This document shows positions 1 through 9,129 of a stretch of 64,000 nt of DNA, in pieces. Made by a program: the position numbers and the translations under genes. The notes below the pieces were generated by a model. The model was not told where the DNA came from, made no database searches, and saw only the letters and a program-made list of their open reading frames with translations. The number at the start of each line of letters is the position of its first letter. Position 1 is the stretch's first letter. The stretch comes from Gemmatimonadota bacterium (lineage in GTDB: Bacteria > Latescibacterota > UBA2968 > UBA8231), in NCBI GenBank assembly GCA_038153405.1, contig JAYOYH010000002.1, positions 96,001 to 160,000 of the forward strand, given 5' to 3'.

Positions 1-182
1 CCCTTGCCGCACGCGACGACCGCACTTAATCCAACCAACCCATCCCAGCGCGCAGCTATCGCCTCGACAACCGCGCGGCCGGCGCGCTCCATCAGCTCGC
101 TGCCGGGCACGCCGCATTGGTCAATCGTCATTCGATCTACCGCATACATCTGCTGGCTATTGACTATTTTGGTCCGCCGCAC
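1..182 (-). CDS. nnrE: NAD(P)H-hydrate epimerase (YjeF N-terminal domain), probably the NnrE/NnrD bifunctional protein; runs off the window edge
   Basis: Not in the ORF track. Manual translation from GTG at 182 gives VRRTKIVNSQQMYAVDRMTIDQCGVPGSELMERAGRAVVEAIAARWDGLVGLSAVVACGK, matching the YjeF_N pattern (LMExAG...VxCGxGNNGGD). AGAGGG lies upstream. Confidence 0.85.
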   Translation of the reverse strand, partial: MRRTKIVNSQQMYAVDRMTIDQCGVPGSELMERAGRAVVEAIAARWDGLVGLSAVVACGK

Positions 183-193
183 CGCGCCCTCTT

Positions 194-925
194 TCAGCTT
201 TCCCAAGGACGAAGGATTTCGCGCAGCGAACGCGGCGCCTCCTCATCCCATTGCTCACCGGTATAGTGCATCAACACACCGCGAAGGTAGAGGCTCATCC
301 ACAGCGACCAAGCGGCGAACACGCCGCAGAACATGCCCACGCCACTGAAAGCGCCCACAACGAGAAATGCGCCGAACGCCGCGCACTGAACGAGCGATCT
401 TCCAGCGTGGGCAACGGCGAGCAGAGCGCTCTTGCGCAGCGTCTCCCCCACGCCCGTATCCTGCGTGACCAGCAGGGGCAATAGGTAGAGTGCTACCGCC
501 GTTAGCGCCAGCAGCAACCACGCCATCAGCGCACCGAAGAACAGCCCCCACCAACCGGCAAAATCGCTGTAGAACGCGGCGTTTAGCACCAGCATGCCGC
601 TGATGGCCAGCAGCACCAGCTGCAGCAACTGCGCGCGCACATACAACTTCTTTAGCAAGCGCAGCGCATCGCCCAAAACGACCTCTTGCCGGCGCACCCA
701 GGCCGCGCCCACTATATAGACGAGCACCGATGGCGGCGAAAAAAAGACCAATACGACGGCCAGCACACCGCCGCCAATAGATCCCCAAGGGCCTAGGGCA
801 AACCCGGTCTTGGCAATTGCGTAGGCGCAGGCCGCGTAGGGCAGATTCAACGCGCTCCACAGAACGTTGTACAGCACCACCCCACCCAGGTGGTCATAGC
901 ACATCCACGCGTAGCGCTTGAGCAT
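194..925 (-). CDS. Integral membrane protein, DUF624/YesL-like
   Basis: 243 aa with about 6 hydrophobic segments and a C-terminal RSLREILRPWE; start abuts the stop of the upstream M20 gene. Confidence 0.6.
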   Translation of the reverse strand: MLKRYAWMCYDHLGGVVLYNVLWSALNLPYAACAYAIAKTGFALGPWGSIGGGVLAVVLVFFSPPSVLVYIVGAAWVRRQEVVLGDALRLLKKLYVRAQLLQLVLLAISGMLVLNAAFYSDFAGWWGLFFGALMAWLLLALTAVALYLLPLLVTQDTGVGETLRKSALLAVAHAGRSLVQCAAFGAFLVVGAFSGVGMFCGVFAAWSLWMSLYLRGVLMHYTGEQWDEEAPRSLREILRPWES

Positions 926-2175
926 CAGCCCCTTTCTATGCCGCGCAGCATAAACTCCGCATAGGTATGTGCCGTAAGGGATACGTCGCGCACGCGCACG
1001 CGCTCGTCTATGCCGTGCGCATTTTCGCCTTTGACGCCGTAGCCAATGCCGGGCATTCCCCCCTCAACGACGAAGTAGTGCAGATCGGTAAAACCCGTCG
1101 TAACGCGAAATCCCGCGCTGCGCCGGCGCACGCTGCGCACGGCGCTAGCAAAGGACTGACACAGAGGATGCTGTATATCGACGACGCACGGCTCAATGCG
1201 CAGCGGCGATTCAATGCGGCAGGTCGCCGGTTTACACTGGGCGGCGAGCCGCTCCAGCACCTTGCGCAGTTCCCCCTCCACGCGCGCGATCTGCTCGCCG
1301 GGAACCAAGCGGCGGTCCAGCGAAAACCCGGCGCGCGCGGGCACGGTGTTTATTTTGTCGCCGGCGCCGCCGGCAAATACGCCGCCCACATTGAGCGTTG
1401 GGTTTCGATACAGACCATTGAAATCGCGGTAGCGGCGCGCACTCGCAGAGAGCTTGTCTTTATATGCACCCAGGCCAATCGCCATGGAGGCCATCGCTTC
1501 AAAGGCATTGACGCCGTCCTGCGGGCGCGAAGCGTGAGCAGACTTGCCGCCGATATCGACCTCCAACCACAGCACGCCGTTGTGACCACAGCCCACCTGT
1601 GCTCCCGCCGCACCTTCACATACCACGGCGTAGTCGGCCTTGCACAGCCCTTCGCGCACTACGTAGCCAGCACCCAACTGGCCCCCGGTTTCCTCGTCGG
1701 CGGTGAACGAGCACTCGATATTAAACGCCGGCTCGACGCCGCTCTCCCGCAGTGCGCCAATGGCCATCAGCAGCGCGGCAATCGATCCTTTCATATCGCC
1801 CGAGCCGCGACCATAGACGCAACCGGCGGCCACGCCGGGCTCAAACGGATCGCCAAAGCGCCACGGACCTGCAACCGGCACGACATCGTAATGGGCATTA
1901 AAGTGCACCGTCTGCGCCGCGCCCACATCCCAACGGGCAATTAAATTGTAGCGCGGATGGTCAGCTGAGCCGAGCAGGGCGCGAACCTGATCGTCTGGCA
2001 CTCGATGTATATCGACCGACAGGCCGACCCGCTCGCTCTGCTCCTTGAGTAAATCGACCATTTCGCGATATCGACAACCCGGTGGGTTTACCGTCGGCAC
2101 GCGCACCATGTCCTGCAGCATGCCGAGCAGCAGCTGTTCACTGCGATCGATGTAGTCGTGTTCCCTACTGCCCAT
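925..2175 (-). CDS. M20 family metallo-deacylase (ArgE/DapE-like)
   Basis: Metal-binding motifs HFNAHYDVVP, GRGSGDMKG, ADEETGG, CEG, and C-terminal NAHGIDE. Confidence 0.9.
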   Translation of the reverse strand: MGSREHDYIDRSEQLLLGMLQDMVRVPTVNPPGCRYREMVDLLKEQSERVGLSVDIHRVPDDQVRALLGSADHPRYNLIARWDVGAAQTVHFNAHYDVVPVAGPWRFGDPFEPGVAAGCVYGRGSGDMKGSIAALLMAIGALRESGVEPAFNIECSFTADEETGGQLGAGYVVREGLCKADYAVVCEGAAGAQVGCGHNGVLWLEVDIGGKSAHASRPQDGVNAFEAMASMAIGLGAYKDKLSASARRYRDFNGLYRNPTLNVGGVFAGGAGDKINTVPARAGFSLDRRLVPGEQIARVEGELRKVLERLAAQCKPATCRIESPLRIEPCVVDIQHPLCQSFASAVRSVRRRSAGFRVTTGFTDLHYFVVEGGMPGIGYGVKGENAHGIDERVRVRDVSLTAHTYAEFMLRGIERG

Positions 2176-2184
2176 ATAGACTCC

Positions 2185-3327
2185 CTATGCGCCCTGTGGG
2201 CGCACGCGAATTTCAGTTGAGGAAATATCCATGCGGAAGGCGCTCTCGGCGATGGGTGCAAAGAGCGCCCCCAACGCGGCAGGCACGGCCACGTCGTCCA
2301 GCGTTTGATACCTGCTCTGCATGCGCCGACCGGCAACCCAAAAGCACACGCCGCGGTCGAGCAGCTCGGCCAACGCGCGCTGCATGGCCGCCCGGCCTCC
2401 GTCGTAGTACTTGCCGTCGACCAGACGCATCGCCGTATCACAACCAATGGCAAAGTGCGGGGCGCTAAAATGGGAGGCCTTGCCGTAAAACGTGGGCTCG
2501 CGCGTGAGAATAGCGCGAAAGCGACCGCGCAGCGGCGCCAGGCGCTTGTCGATATCGGCGCGGTCGAGCGGCGCTTTGTCGACATTGTAAACGGAAAGTT
2601 CCAGCGCCGCGGCCCGACCGCTCAGCTGTCCGGCCACCTGCGCCAACTGACAGTGTCCCTCGTGCAGCGGATTGAAAGAGCCCGGGTAGAGCAGGCGGCC
2701 TGTGCGTTCGACGTCGACGTGCACCGCACCGTCTATACCGATTTCGACCACGTCCAATGCGCCGCTGAGAAGCAGCTCGAGCGGATCGCCGAGGTCGATC
2801 TGCTCGGCACCGATATCGGCCCACTCCGGCAATTGTGCATCAAAGCGCACGTCGAATGCCCCGGCGATATGACCCAGCGCCCAGCGGCTCAGCACCTGCT
2901 CCTGCTCGGCGCGCCCGGCCGCGCCCTTGCGCAGGAACAGCTCGCAAAAGCGATAGCACTCGGCGGTGCGCAGGGCCAAATGGGCGCGGTCGTCTCCGCG
3001 CCGAGCCCGTTGCGTGGCCAGCGCGGCCGTCAACCCAATGCCGAGGTGAGGCACCGAGCGCTCGCCGCAGCGACGAGCGCGGCCATAGGCCACGGCAGCC
3101 ATATCGCGAGCGGTTGCCCTCGCGACGCGATGAGGCCCAGGCGCCTGCACGTATTCCTCCAACACCTTATTGCCATAGGGAATTTGCGCCTCGAGCAGCA
3201 CGCGTGAGGCCCCGGGGTGGTCGAAGAGCCAGTTGAGCAGAGCGGAGCCGCCGCCCGTCACCGCCAGTGCCACGTGCATGTCGCCCTTTGTGATATCCTC
3301 GACAGCCGACCAGATTGCGCTATCCAT
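2185..3327 (-). CDS. CinA/PncC-like N-terminal domain fused to a NadD-like HxGH nucleotidyltransferase
   Basis: N-terminal AVTGGG...PGASR...IPY...ARDMA...GIGLTA; C-terminal YPGSFNPLHEGH and DISSTEIR. Start set at MDSAIW (3327), just after the upstream stop. Confidence 0.75.
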   Translation of the reverse strand: MDSAIWSAVEDITKGDMHVALAVTGGGSALLNWLFDHPGASRVLLEAQIPYGNKVLEEYVQAPGPHRVARATARDMAAVAYGRARRCGERSVPHLGIGLTAALATQRARRGDDRAHLALRTAECYRFCELFLRKGAAGRAEQEQVLSRWALGHIAGAFDVRFDAQLPEWADIGAEQIDLGDPLELLLSGALDVVEIGIDGAVHVDVERTGRLLYPGSFNPLHEGHCQLAQVAGQLSGRAAALELSVYNVDKAPLDRADIDKRLAPLRGRFRAILTREPTFYGKASHFSAPHFAIGCDTAMRLVDGKYYDGGRAAMQRALAELLDRGVCFWVAGRRMQSRYQTLDDVAVPAALGALFAPIAESAFRMDISSTEIRVRPQGA

Positions 3328-3331
3328 CGCC

Positions 3332-4747
3332 TTAGCCGAGAAAAAAATCAAGCGCTCCGCGCACGCCCCAGACCGTCAGGAAGAGACCGCTAGCGAGGTT
3401 GAGCAACAGCAAACCGGTTCCCATGCGCAGCGGTTTGGGCAAGAAGGTGCGATCTGTCCACACCATGAGCAAACACCACAGGCCGCAGGTCAGCACGCCG
3501 CCAAATATGGCCGCCGGCGTTACAATGTCCACCGGATTGCCCCCAGCCCACATAATGGCAATACCGCTAACGCCGCAGTAGGCGACGACCCATGGGCGCA
3601 GCGCGCCGATTGACATCGCGCGCACTTTCTGGGAAACCGGTCGCAGACACTCGTGCGTAGTCCGCACGTAAAGCTCATAGGCCGCCATAATCGTGCCAAA
3701 AAACGCCGTAAAAACGCCGAATTGGTATAGGTAGAGCAGGGCCGGATGCAGGCGCACAAGAAAATCGGCTTGCACCGTTAGCAGCTGCGCGTTGGCCGGT
3801 ACGATTTGCTCGGGGCGCAGCACGGCAGCGCCGAGAATCATAAACGCCATCGTAAAGAGGACGACGCAGCCAAAGGAAACGGCCGAATCGACCAGCGGTC
3901 CGCGCAGCCACTGGCGACCAAGCGCGGCGTTCTCCTCATCGTCGGCAATGGCCACGCCCTCGGGACCGGCTGTGGTCGAACGCCCCATCAGCCCCCATGC
4001 TTTTTCCCGCAGCATGCCGATGTAGCCAAAGTAATCCTGCGAACCCCCGCCAATGGCCCCCAAGTAGGTTCCCAACTCCAACACCGCCGAGCGCGCCGCA
4101 ATGGCCGGATACTTGGCCGTCACCCAGCCCTCATAGACGGGCATAGTCGGCACAACCGTGCCCAGCACAACGGCCAGCCAGTCGGGCTGAGCCGCCGCGG
4201 CCGCCGTGAGAATAGACAGCAGCAGCACGCTGACGACAGCCGTTTGTGCCTTTTCCAAGGCGCCGTAGCTCTGGACCATGGTTATGGCAATAGCCAATAG
4301 CGCAAAGGCCGTTCCCCAAACCCTGTCGTCGCCCCATATGGCCTGTCCTTCCACACCGAGTATCCACACGACGAGACCGCCCAACATTTTCGGCAATCCA
4401 GATAGCCAGAGCGGAAAGCACAGCACCGTCATAATGGCCAATACCCAAACGACCCAGCCGCGCGGACCTGGCAGATAGGCCCAGCGTTCGATCGGATGCT
4501 CGCCGGTAAGCGTCATATAGCGCGCCGCCGTATAGACCTGGACGAACTTCATCAGCCCCCCTCCGACAAAGCACCAGAGCAGAGCGTAGCCAAATATGGC
4601 GCCGCCGCGCGAGGCGAACACCGTCTCGCCGCTGCCAATGGTTACCGAGGCGATGATCGCACCCGGTCCAAAAATGCGCAGCATCGCCCCCAAACCGCGC
4701 GCCTTCATGTCCTCACTAAGTGCCGGATAGCGAAGAGCTTGGCCCAT
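3332..4747 (-). CDS. Nramp/YcsG-like secondary transporter
   Basis: GPGAIIASVTIGSGE...GAIFGYALLW N-terminal signature; about 11 TM segments. Confidence 0.75.
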   Translation of the reverse strand: MGQALRYPALSEDMKARGLGAMLRIFGPGAIIASVTIGSGETVFASRGGAIFGYALLWCFVGGGLMKFVQVYTAARYMTLTGEHPIERWAYLPGPRGWVVWVLAIMTVLCFPLWLSGLPKMLGGLVVWILGVEGQAIWGDDRVWGTAFALLAIAITMVQSYGALEKAQTAVVSVLLLSILTAAAAAQPDWLAVVLGTVVPTMPVYEGWVTAKYPAIAARSAVLELGTYLGAIGGGSQDYFGYIGMLREKAWGLMGRSTTAGPEGVAIADDEENAALGRQWLRGPLVDSAVSFGCVVLFTMAFMILGAAVLRPEQIVPANAQLLTVQADFLVRLHPALLYLYQFGVFTAFFGTIMAAYELYVRTTHECLRPVSQKVRAMSIGALRPWVVAYCGVSGIAIMWAGGNPVDIVTPAAIFGGVLTCGLWCLLMVWTDRTFLPKPLRMGTGLLLLNLASGLFLTVWGVRGALDFFLG

Positions 4748-4861
4748 TCTATTTCTCCCGTTTTAAGCGCTGGACGAGGTATGATACCGCCGACCGATTC
4801 GCTTGTCAAATACGGGAGCACCCAGCATATTTGCCTTTTCATCAATTGCGCGGAGACCACC

Positions 4862-5800
4862 ATGCGTATAACTAAAGCCGTCGTTCCCGTGGCCGGTCTA
4901 GGCACGCGCCTGCTGCCCACGACCAAGGCCGTTCCCAAAGAAATGCTGCCGGTCGGACGCCATCCCATCATTCAGCACGTAGTCGAAGAACTCATCGAAG
5001 CCGGCATTACCGACATTCTCTTTGTCTCCAGCCGCAGCAAGAGCGCGATCGAAAACCACTTCGACGACTATTCGGAACTGATCATCCACCTAGAGCAGGG
5101 CCGCCACGAGATGAGTCAGGTGAGCCGCTTTGACTACCGCCAGCGCGGTATCGAATTCTTCTTTACGCGCCAGCAGGTACCCCTCGGACAGACCAAACCG
5201 CTTGGCACCGGCGATGCAGTAGCCGCCGCAGAGAGCTTTATTGGAGACGAATCCTTCGTCGTCGCCTTTGGCGATAGCATCGTGCGCTCGCCAAGCGCTC
5301 CCACGCTGCTGCAGCGCATGGTCACCTCGCACGCCCAAAACACATCAGCCTGTACCATCGCCGCCTATGAGGTGCCCCAAGAACTGGTGCACCACTACGG
5401 CATCGTCGTACCGCGCGCAGAGGAGATCGGCCACCCCGATTGCCGCCTAGCCGATATTCTGGAAAAACCCGCGCCCGACCAAACGCCCAGTCGCCTAGCC
5501 ATCAGCGCGCGCTACGTATTTTCCGCCGATATCTTCGCGCGCATTCGCAGCGTGCCTCCCGCGCCCAACGGCGAGGTCTACCTAACGGACGCCATAGCCG
5601 CGCAGATAGGGTCCAACTGCATGGTGCGCGCCGTAGCGCTGCAGCGCGGCGAAGTGCGCTACGACATAGGCAATCATCGAGCCTATTTCAAAACGTTTAT
5701 CGACTATGCACTCGCCGATCCCGAGTGCGGGGACGAAATGCGCACGTATATGGAGGACCTGCTCAAAAAGGGCACTTCGAGTTCGCTTGACAAAGGCTAG
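4862..5800 (+). CDS. galU: UTP--glucose-1-phosphate uridylyltransferase
   Basis: KAVVPVAGLGTRLLPTTKAVPKEMLPV, IENHFD, PLGTGDAV, RYDIGN; GGAG RBS before ATG 4862. Confidence 0.9.
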   Translation: MRITKAVVPVAGLGTRLLPTTKAVPKEMLPVGRHPIIQHVVEELIEAGITDILFVSSRSKSAIENHFDDYSELIIHLEQGRHEMSQVSRFDYRQRGIEFFFTRQQVPLGQTKPLGTGDAVAAAESFIGDESFVVAFGDSIVRSPSAPTLLQRMVTSHAQNTSACTIAAYEVPQELVHHYGIVVPRAEEIGHPDCRLADILEKPAPDQTPSRLAISARYVFSADIFARIRSVPPAPNGEVYLTDAIAAQIGSNCMVRAVALQRGEVRYDIGNHRAYFKTFIDYALADPECGDEMRTYMEDLLKKGTSSSLDKG

Positions 5801-5814
5801 GCTGTCTGTACTTT
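5787..5814 (+). promoter_or_regulatory. Putative sigma70 promoter of the reductase operon
   Basis: TTGACA-N16-TACTTT about 70 nt upstream of ATG 5882. Confidence 0.4.
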
Positions 5815-5881
5815 ACCCGTCTCATTGCATGCACACACCATTTAGTCCACGTATCCAACACATTCATAACAAGGTGAAATC

Positions 5882-8113
5882 ATGAGTCCTTCCAGTTGGA
5901 AAGAGGCGCTGGCCGATCGCATAGCCGGTGACTTAGCCGAAGAGATCGACATCTTCGAGACGCAGATCCACCTGCGCAAGCAGGGCAAAATCGAAGAGAA
6001 GCTCTTTGCAGAAACGCGCCTGCGCCGCGGAGCCTATGGCCAGCGCTATGACAACGGCCAGCGCAATGACGGATCCAAAACGCAACGGCTGCGCTATCCC
6101 GATGTGCCGACCAAAGGTCCCGACACCGTGTGGGATGCCCCCGGTATGATGCGCATCAAGATTCCCTTTGGTGGACTCAACTGCGAGCAAATGGAAGTCC
6201 TCGCCGATTTGGCCGAGGAATACTCCGACGAAATCCTGCACATCACCACGCGTCAGGACATTCAGCTGCACTACGTCCATATCGACGACACGCCGGACCT
6301 CATGCGCCGCCTGGCCGCCGTCGGCATCACCACGCGCGAGGCCTGCGGCAACTCCGTGCGCAATATCACCGCCTGCCCGCTGTCCGGCATCTGCCACACC
6401 GAGCTCTTCGACGTCACGCCCTACGCGCAGGCGACCATGCGCTTCCTGCTCGGACACGAGGACTGCCAAGACTTCGGTCGCAAATTCAAAATTGCCTTTT
6501 CCGGCTGCCGCCACGAGGCCTGCGGCCTGGCCAATATGCACGATATGGGCGCGGTCGCCGCTGTGCGCCAAGTCGACGGCGTGCAACAGCGCGGCTTTGA
6601 GCTCTACGTCGGCGGCGGTCTAGGCGCCGTCCCGCACCATGCCCAACTCTACAGCGATTTTATTCCCGAAGAAGAGCTCTTGCCGACGGCTCAGGCCATC
6701 GCCCGCGTGTTTGCCCGCCTCGGCGAAAAGCGCAACCGCAACCGGGCGCGCATCAAGTTTCTCATCGCCAAGATTGGCATCGAAGAATTCCGCCGCCTGG
6801 TCGAGGAGGAGCGCAATATACTGCCCCCCGACCCGCGCTGGACGGCGTATTTGAGCGACCTCAGCGCCTATGACGAAGAGCCGCTCAAGGAGGCACAGCC
6901 GCTCAACGGCGCCCCGCAGGAAACCGACTTTGTCGAGTGGAAGCGCACCAACGTCTATCCACAGCGCCAAAGCGGATATAGTGCGGCCACTGTCGCCCTG
7001 CCGCTGGGCGACCTAACTTCGCGCCAAATGCGCCAACTCGCGTCGATCTGTGGCCAGTACGTCAAGGACACCGTGCGCACAACGGTCGAACAGAACATCG
7101 TGCTGCGCTGGGTTAGCGACGCCGACCTGCCGCAGCTCTACGCCGCGCTCAAGGTGGCTGGACTCGGCCAGCCCGGAGCGGGTACTATCGTCGATATCAC
7201 CTCCTGTCCCGGCACCGACACCTGCAAACTGGGCATTGCCTCGTCGCGCGGTCTAGCCGCCGAGTTGCGCAAGCGGCTAGCGATTAAGAGCACTCAGCTA
7301 GACGCGGCCGTTGAAGGCCTGCGCATCAAGATCAGCGGCTGCTTTAACTCCTGCGGCCAGCACCACGCCGCCGATATCGGCTTCTACGGCAACAGCCGCA
7401 AGATCAACGGCATCACCGTGCCCCACTTTCAGGTGGTACTGGGCGGCCAGTGGCGAGAAAATGCGGGCTCATTTGGCCTAGCCATGGGCGCGGTGCCATC
7501 CAAGAACATACCCGATGTCGTCGACCGCCTAGCGCAGCGCTTTATCGAAGAGCGCCAGAAAGAAGAATCCTTTCAGGTCTATATCCAGCGCATAGGCAAG
7601 CGCGATATCAAGGCCATGCTCGACGACCTGACACTGGTGCCGACGTTTGAAGAAAACTCCTGGTACTATCAAGACTGGGGCGATACGCGCGCCTACACCA
7701 TTGATGATTTAGGCAAGGGCGAGTGCGCCGGCGAAGTGGTTTCGGCTACGGTCATGGAGATCGCCTCGGCTGAACGCGAGGTATTCGAAGCACAGGTGGC
7801 CCTAGAGGACGGGCAGATCGACCGCGCAACGCAGAGCGCTTATCGAGCTATTGTGCGCTCGGCGCGCGCCCTCGTCCGCGAACAGTATTACGACGTTCCC
7901 GACAACGCCGACGCCGTAGTGGGCGAATTCCGCACCCGTTTCTTCGAGAGCGAACTGTTTTCGCTGCAGTTTGCCAACTACTTCTTCACCGCGCATCAGG
8001 AGGGAACCGTTGGATTGGACGCAACGGCCGCACACCGACGCATCGAAGAGGCACAGCTCTTCATAGAAGGAGCCTATACCTGCTATGATAAGATCGCTGC
8101 GCAACCAGCCTGA
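5882..8113 (+). CDS. Ferredoxin-dependent sulfite/nitrite reductase (siroheme/[4Fe-4S]) with C-terminal HEPN-like extension
   Basis: RLRRGAYGQR, MMRIKIP, HITTRQDIQLH, RKFKIAFSGC, CPGTDTC...SGCFNSCGQH; sulfite versus nitrite specificity cannot be settled by eye. Confidence 0.9.
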   Translation: MSPSSWKEALADRIAGDLAEEIDIFETQIHLRKQGKIEEKLFAETRLRRGAYGQRYDNGQRNDGSKTQRLRYPDVPTKGPDTVWDAPGMMRIKIPFGGLNCEQMEVLADLAEEYSDEILHITTRQDIQLHYVHIDDTPDLMRRLAAVGITTREACGNSVRNITACPLSGICHTELFDVTPYAQATMRFLLGHEDCQDFGRKFKIAFSGCRHEACGLANMHDMGAVAAVRQVDGVQQRGFELYVGGGLGAVPHHAQLYSDFIPEEELLPTAQAIARVFARLGEKRNRNRARIKFLIAKIGIEEFRRLVEEERNILPPDPRWTAYLSDLSAYDEEPLKEAQPLNGAPQETDFVEWKRTNVYPQRQSGYSAATVALPLGDLTSRQMRQLASICGQYVKDTVRTTVEQNIVLRWVSDADLPQLYAALKVAGLGQPGAGTIVDITSCPGTDTCKLGIASSRGLAAELRKRLAIKSTQLDAAVEGLRIKISGCFNSCGQHHAADIGFYGNSRKINGITVPHFQVVLGGQWRENAGSFGLAMGAVPSKNIPDVVDRLAQRFIEERQKEESFQVYIQRIGKRDIKAMLDDLTLVPTFEENSWYYQDWGDTRAYTIDDLGKGECAGEVVSATVMEIASAEREVFEAQVALEDGQIDRATQSAYRAIVRSARALVREQYYDVPDNADAVVGEFRTRFFESELFSLQFANYFFTAHQEGTVGLDATAAHRRIEEAQLFIEGAYTCYDKIAAQPA

Positions 8114-8127
8114 GAGAGGGGAGCACT

Positions 8128-8706
8128 ATGGAAAAATTACAGCGCATCAATGTAAAACTCTACCTGAGCGATGCCGACAGCCTGTCCAGCGATGAGGCCT
8201 TTCGCGTCTTCAATGGGTGGATTGCCGAGAGCGGCGACGAAGTGCTCATCGACGTGGCCGACTACAGCCACGTCGGACGCGGCCCCGAGACCATTCTCAT
8301 CGGACACGAGGCCAACTATATCCTCGATAGCGACGGCGGGGAAGCGGGTTTGCTGTACGCGCGCAAACAGGACCAGAGCGGAGACGTGCAGGATCGCCTG
8401 CGCGGCGCACTGGCGGCGGCCCTGCGCGCCTGCCGGCGACTCGAGACCGAACCAGAATTGGCCAACAAGGTCTCCTTTCGCGGCGGCGACATCAAAGTTA
8501 CGGCCAACGACCGCCAGCTAGCACCCAATACCGAAGAGGGCGAACGCGATTTGCGCGCCGCCCTCGAGCCCGTTCTCGACGAGCTCTTTGCCGGCGCTCA
8601 GTACGCTGTCGAACGCGATGTCTCGAACCGCGAACGACTCAATCTACGCGTGCGGGCAAAAGGCGATTTTAGCGCCGAAATCCTACTGGCCAATTTGGCT
8701 TCTTAA
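8128..8706 (+). CDS. Conserved-looking hypothetical protein, in an operon with the reductase
   Basis: 192 aa, GAGGGGAG RBS, 14 nt after the reductase stop; motif LIDVADYSHV..GP..ILIGHEANY. Confidence 0.75.
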   Translation: MEKLQRINVKLYLSDADSLSSDEAFRVFNGWIAESGDEVLIDVADYSHVGRGPETILIGHEANYILDSDGGEAGLLYARKQDQSGDVQDRLRGALAAALRACRRLETEPELANKVSFRGGDIKVTANDRQLAPNTEEGERDLRAALEPVLDELFAGAQYAVERDVSNRERLNLRVRAKGDFSAEILLANLAS

Positions 8707-8712
8707 AGTTGC

Positions 8713-8740
8713 TTGACAAAAGCAAAGGCCGCGCTATCTT
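8713..8740 (+). promoter_or_regulatory. Putative sigma70 promoter of the ferredoxin gene
   Basis: TTGACA-N16-TATCTT. Confidence 0.45.
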
Positions 8741-8791
8741 AGCGATTGATTAGACCGCTTCGGCAAAGAATGACCCATTTAGGAGGAACCT

Positions 8792-9106
8792 ATGGCCTAT
8801 TATATCACCGAGACCTGCATCGACGTAAAGGACAAAGCCTGCGTCGAAGTATGCCCCGTCGACTGCATCCACCCAACGGATGGCGAAGGCGAGCCCATGC
8901 TCTACATCGATCCAGATGAGTGCATTGACTGCGGTGCCTGCGAACCCGAATGTCCAGTAGAGGCGATTTTCGCCGAAGAGGACATGCCCGAAGATCAGGG
9001 ACGCTTTGTCGACGTAAACACCAAGTATTTTGAATTGCGCGACAGCCCCGACGAGTGGGCCAAGTGGAAGCAGGAGCACGCGGCCGATTTTGAGAAAAAG
9101 GGCTAA
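8792..9106 (+). CDS. fdxA: 7Fe-type ([3Fe-4S]+[4Fe-4S]) ferredoxin
   Basis: CIDVKDKACVEVCPVDC and CIDCGACEPECPVEAI; AGGAGG RBS. Confidence 0.92.
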   Translation: MAYYITETCIDVKDKACVEVCPVDCIHPTDGEGEPMLYIDPDECIDCGACEPECPVEAIFAEEDMPEDQGRFVDVNTKYFELRDSPDEWAKWKQEHAADFEKKG

Positions 9107-9129
9107 CGCATCGCTCCATAGCCAACGCG

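Noticed and set aside
967..3207. Long plus-strand ORFs 967-1944 and 2305-3207
   Set aside because: Antisense shadows of well-supported minus-strand genes; expected in GC-rich DNA and without motifs
4496..4861. N-terminal extension of the galU ORF (similar extensions on E1beta, MDR, GH109, fluC, XRE)
   Set aside because: They overlap other genes or intergenic DNA; downstream starts have an RBS and match family N-termini
7715..8706. HEPN-like domain plus neighbour as a toxin-antitoxin or anti-phage system
   Set aside because: No Rx4-6H motif, no nucleotidyltransferase GS...DxD motif recognised in the neighbour, and the context is metabolic
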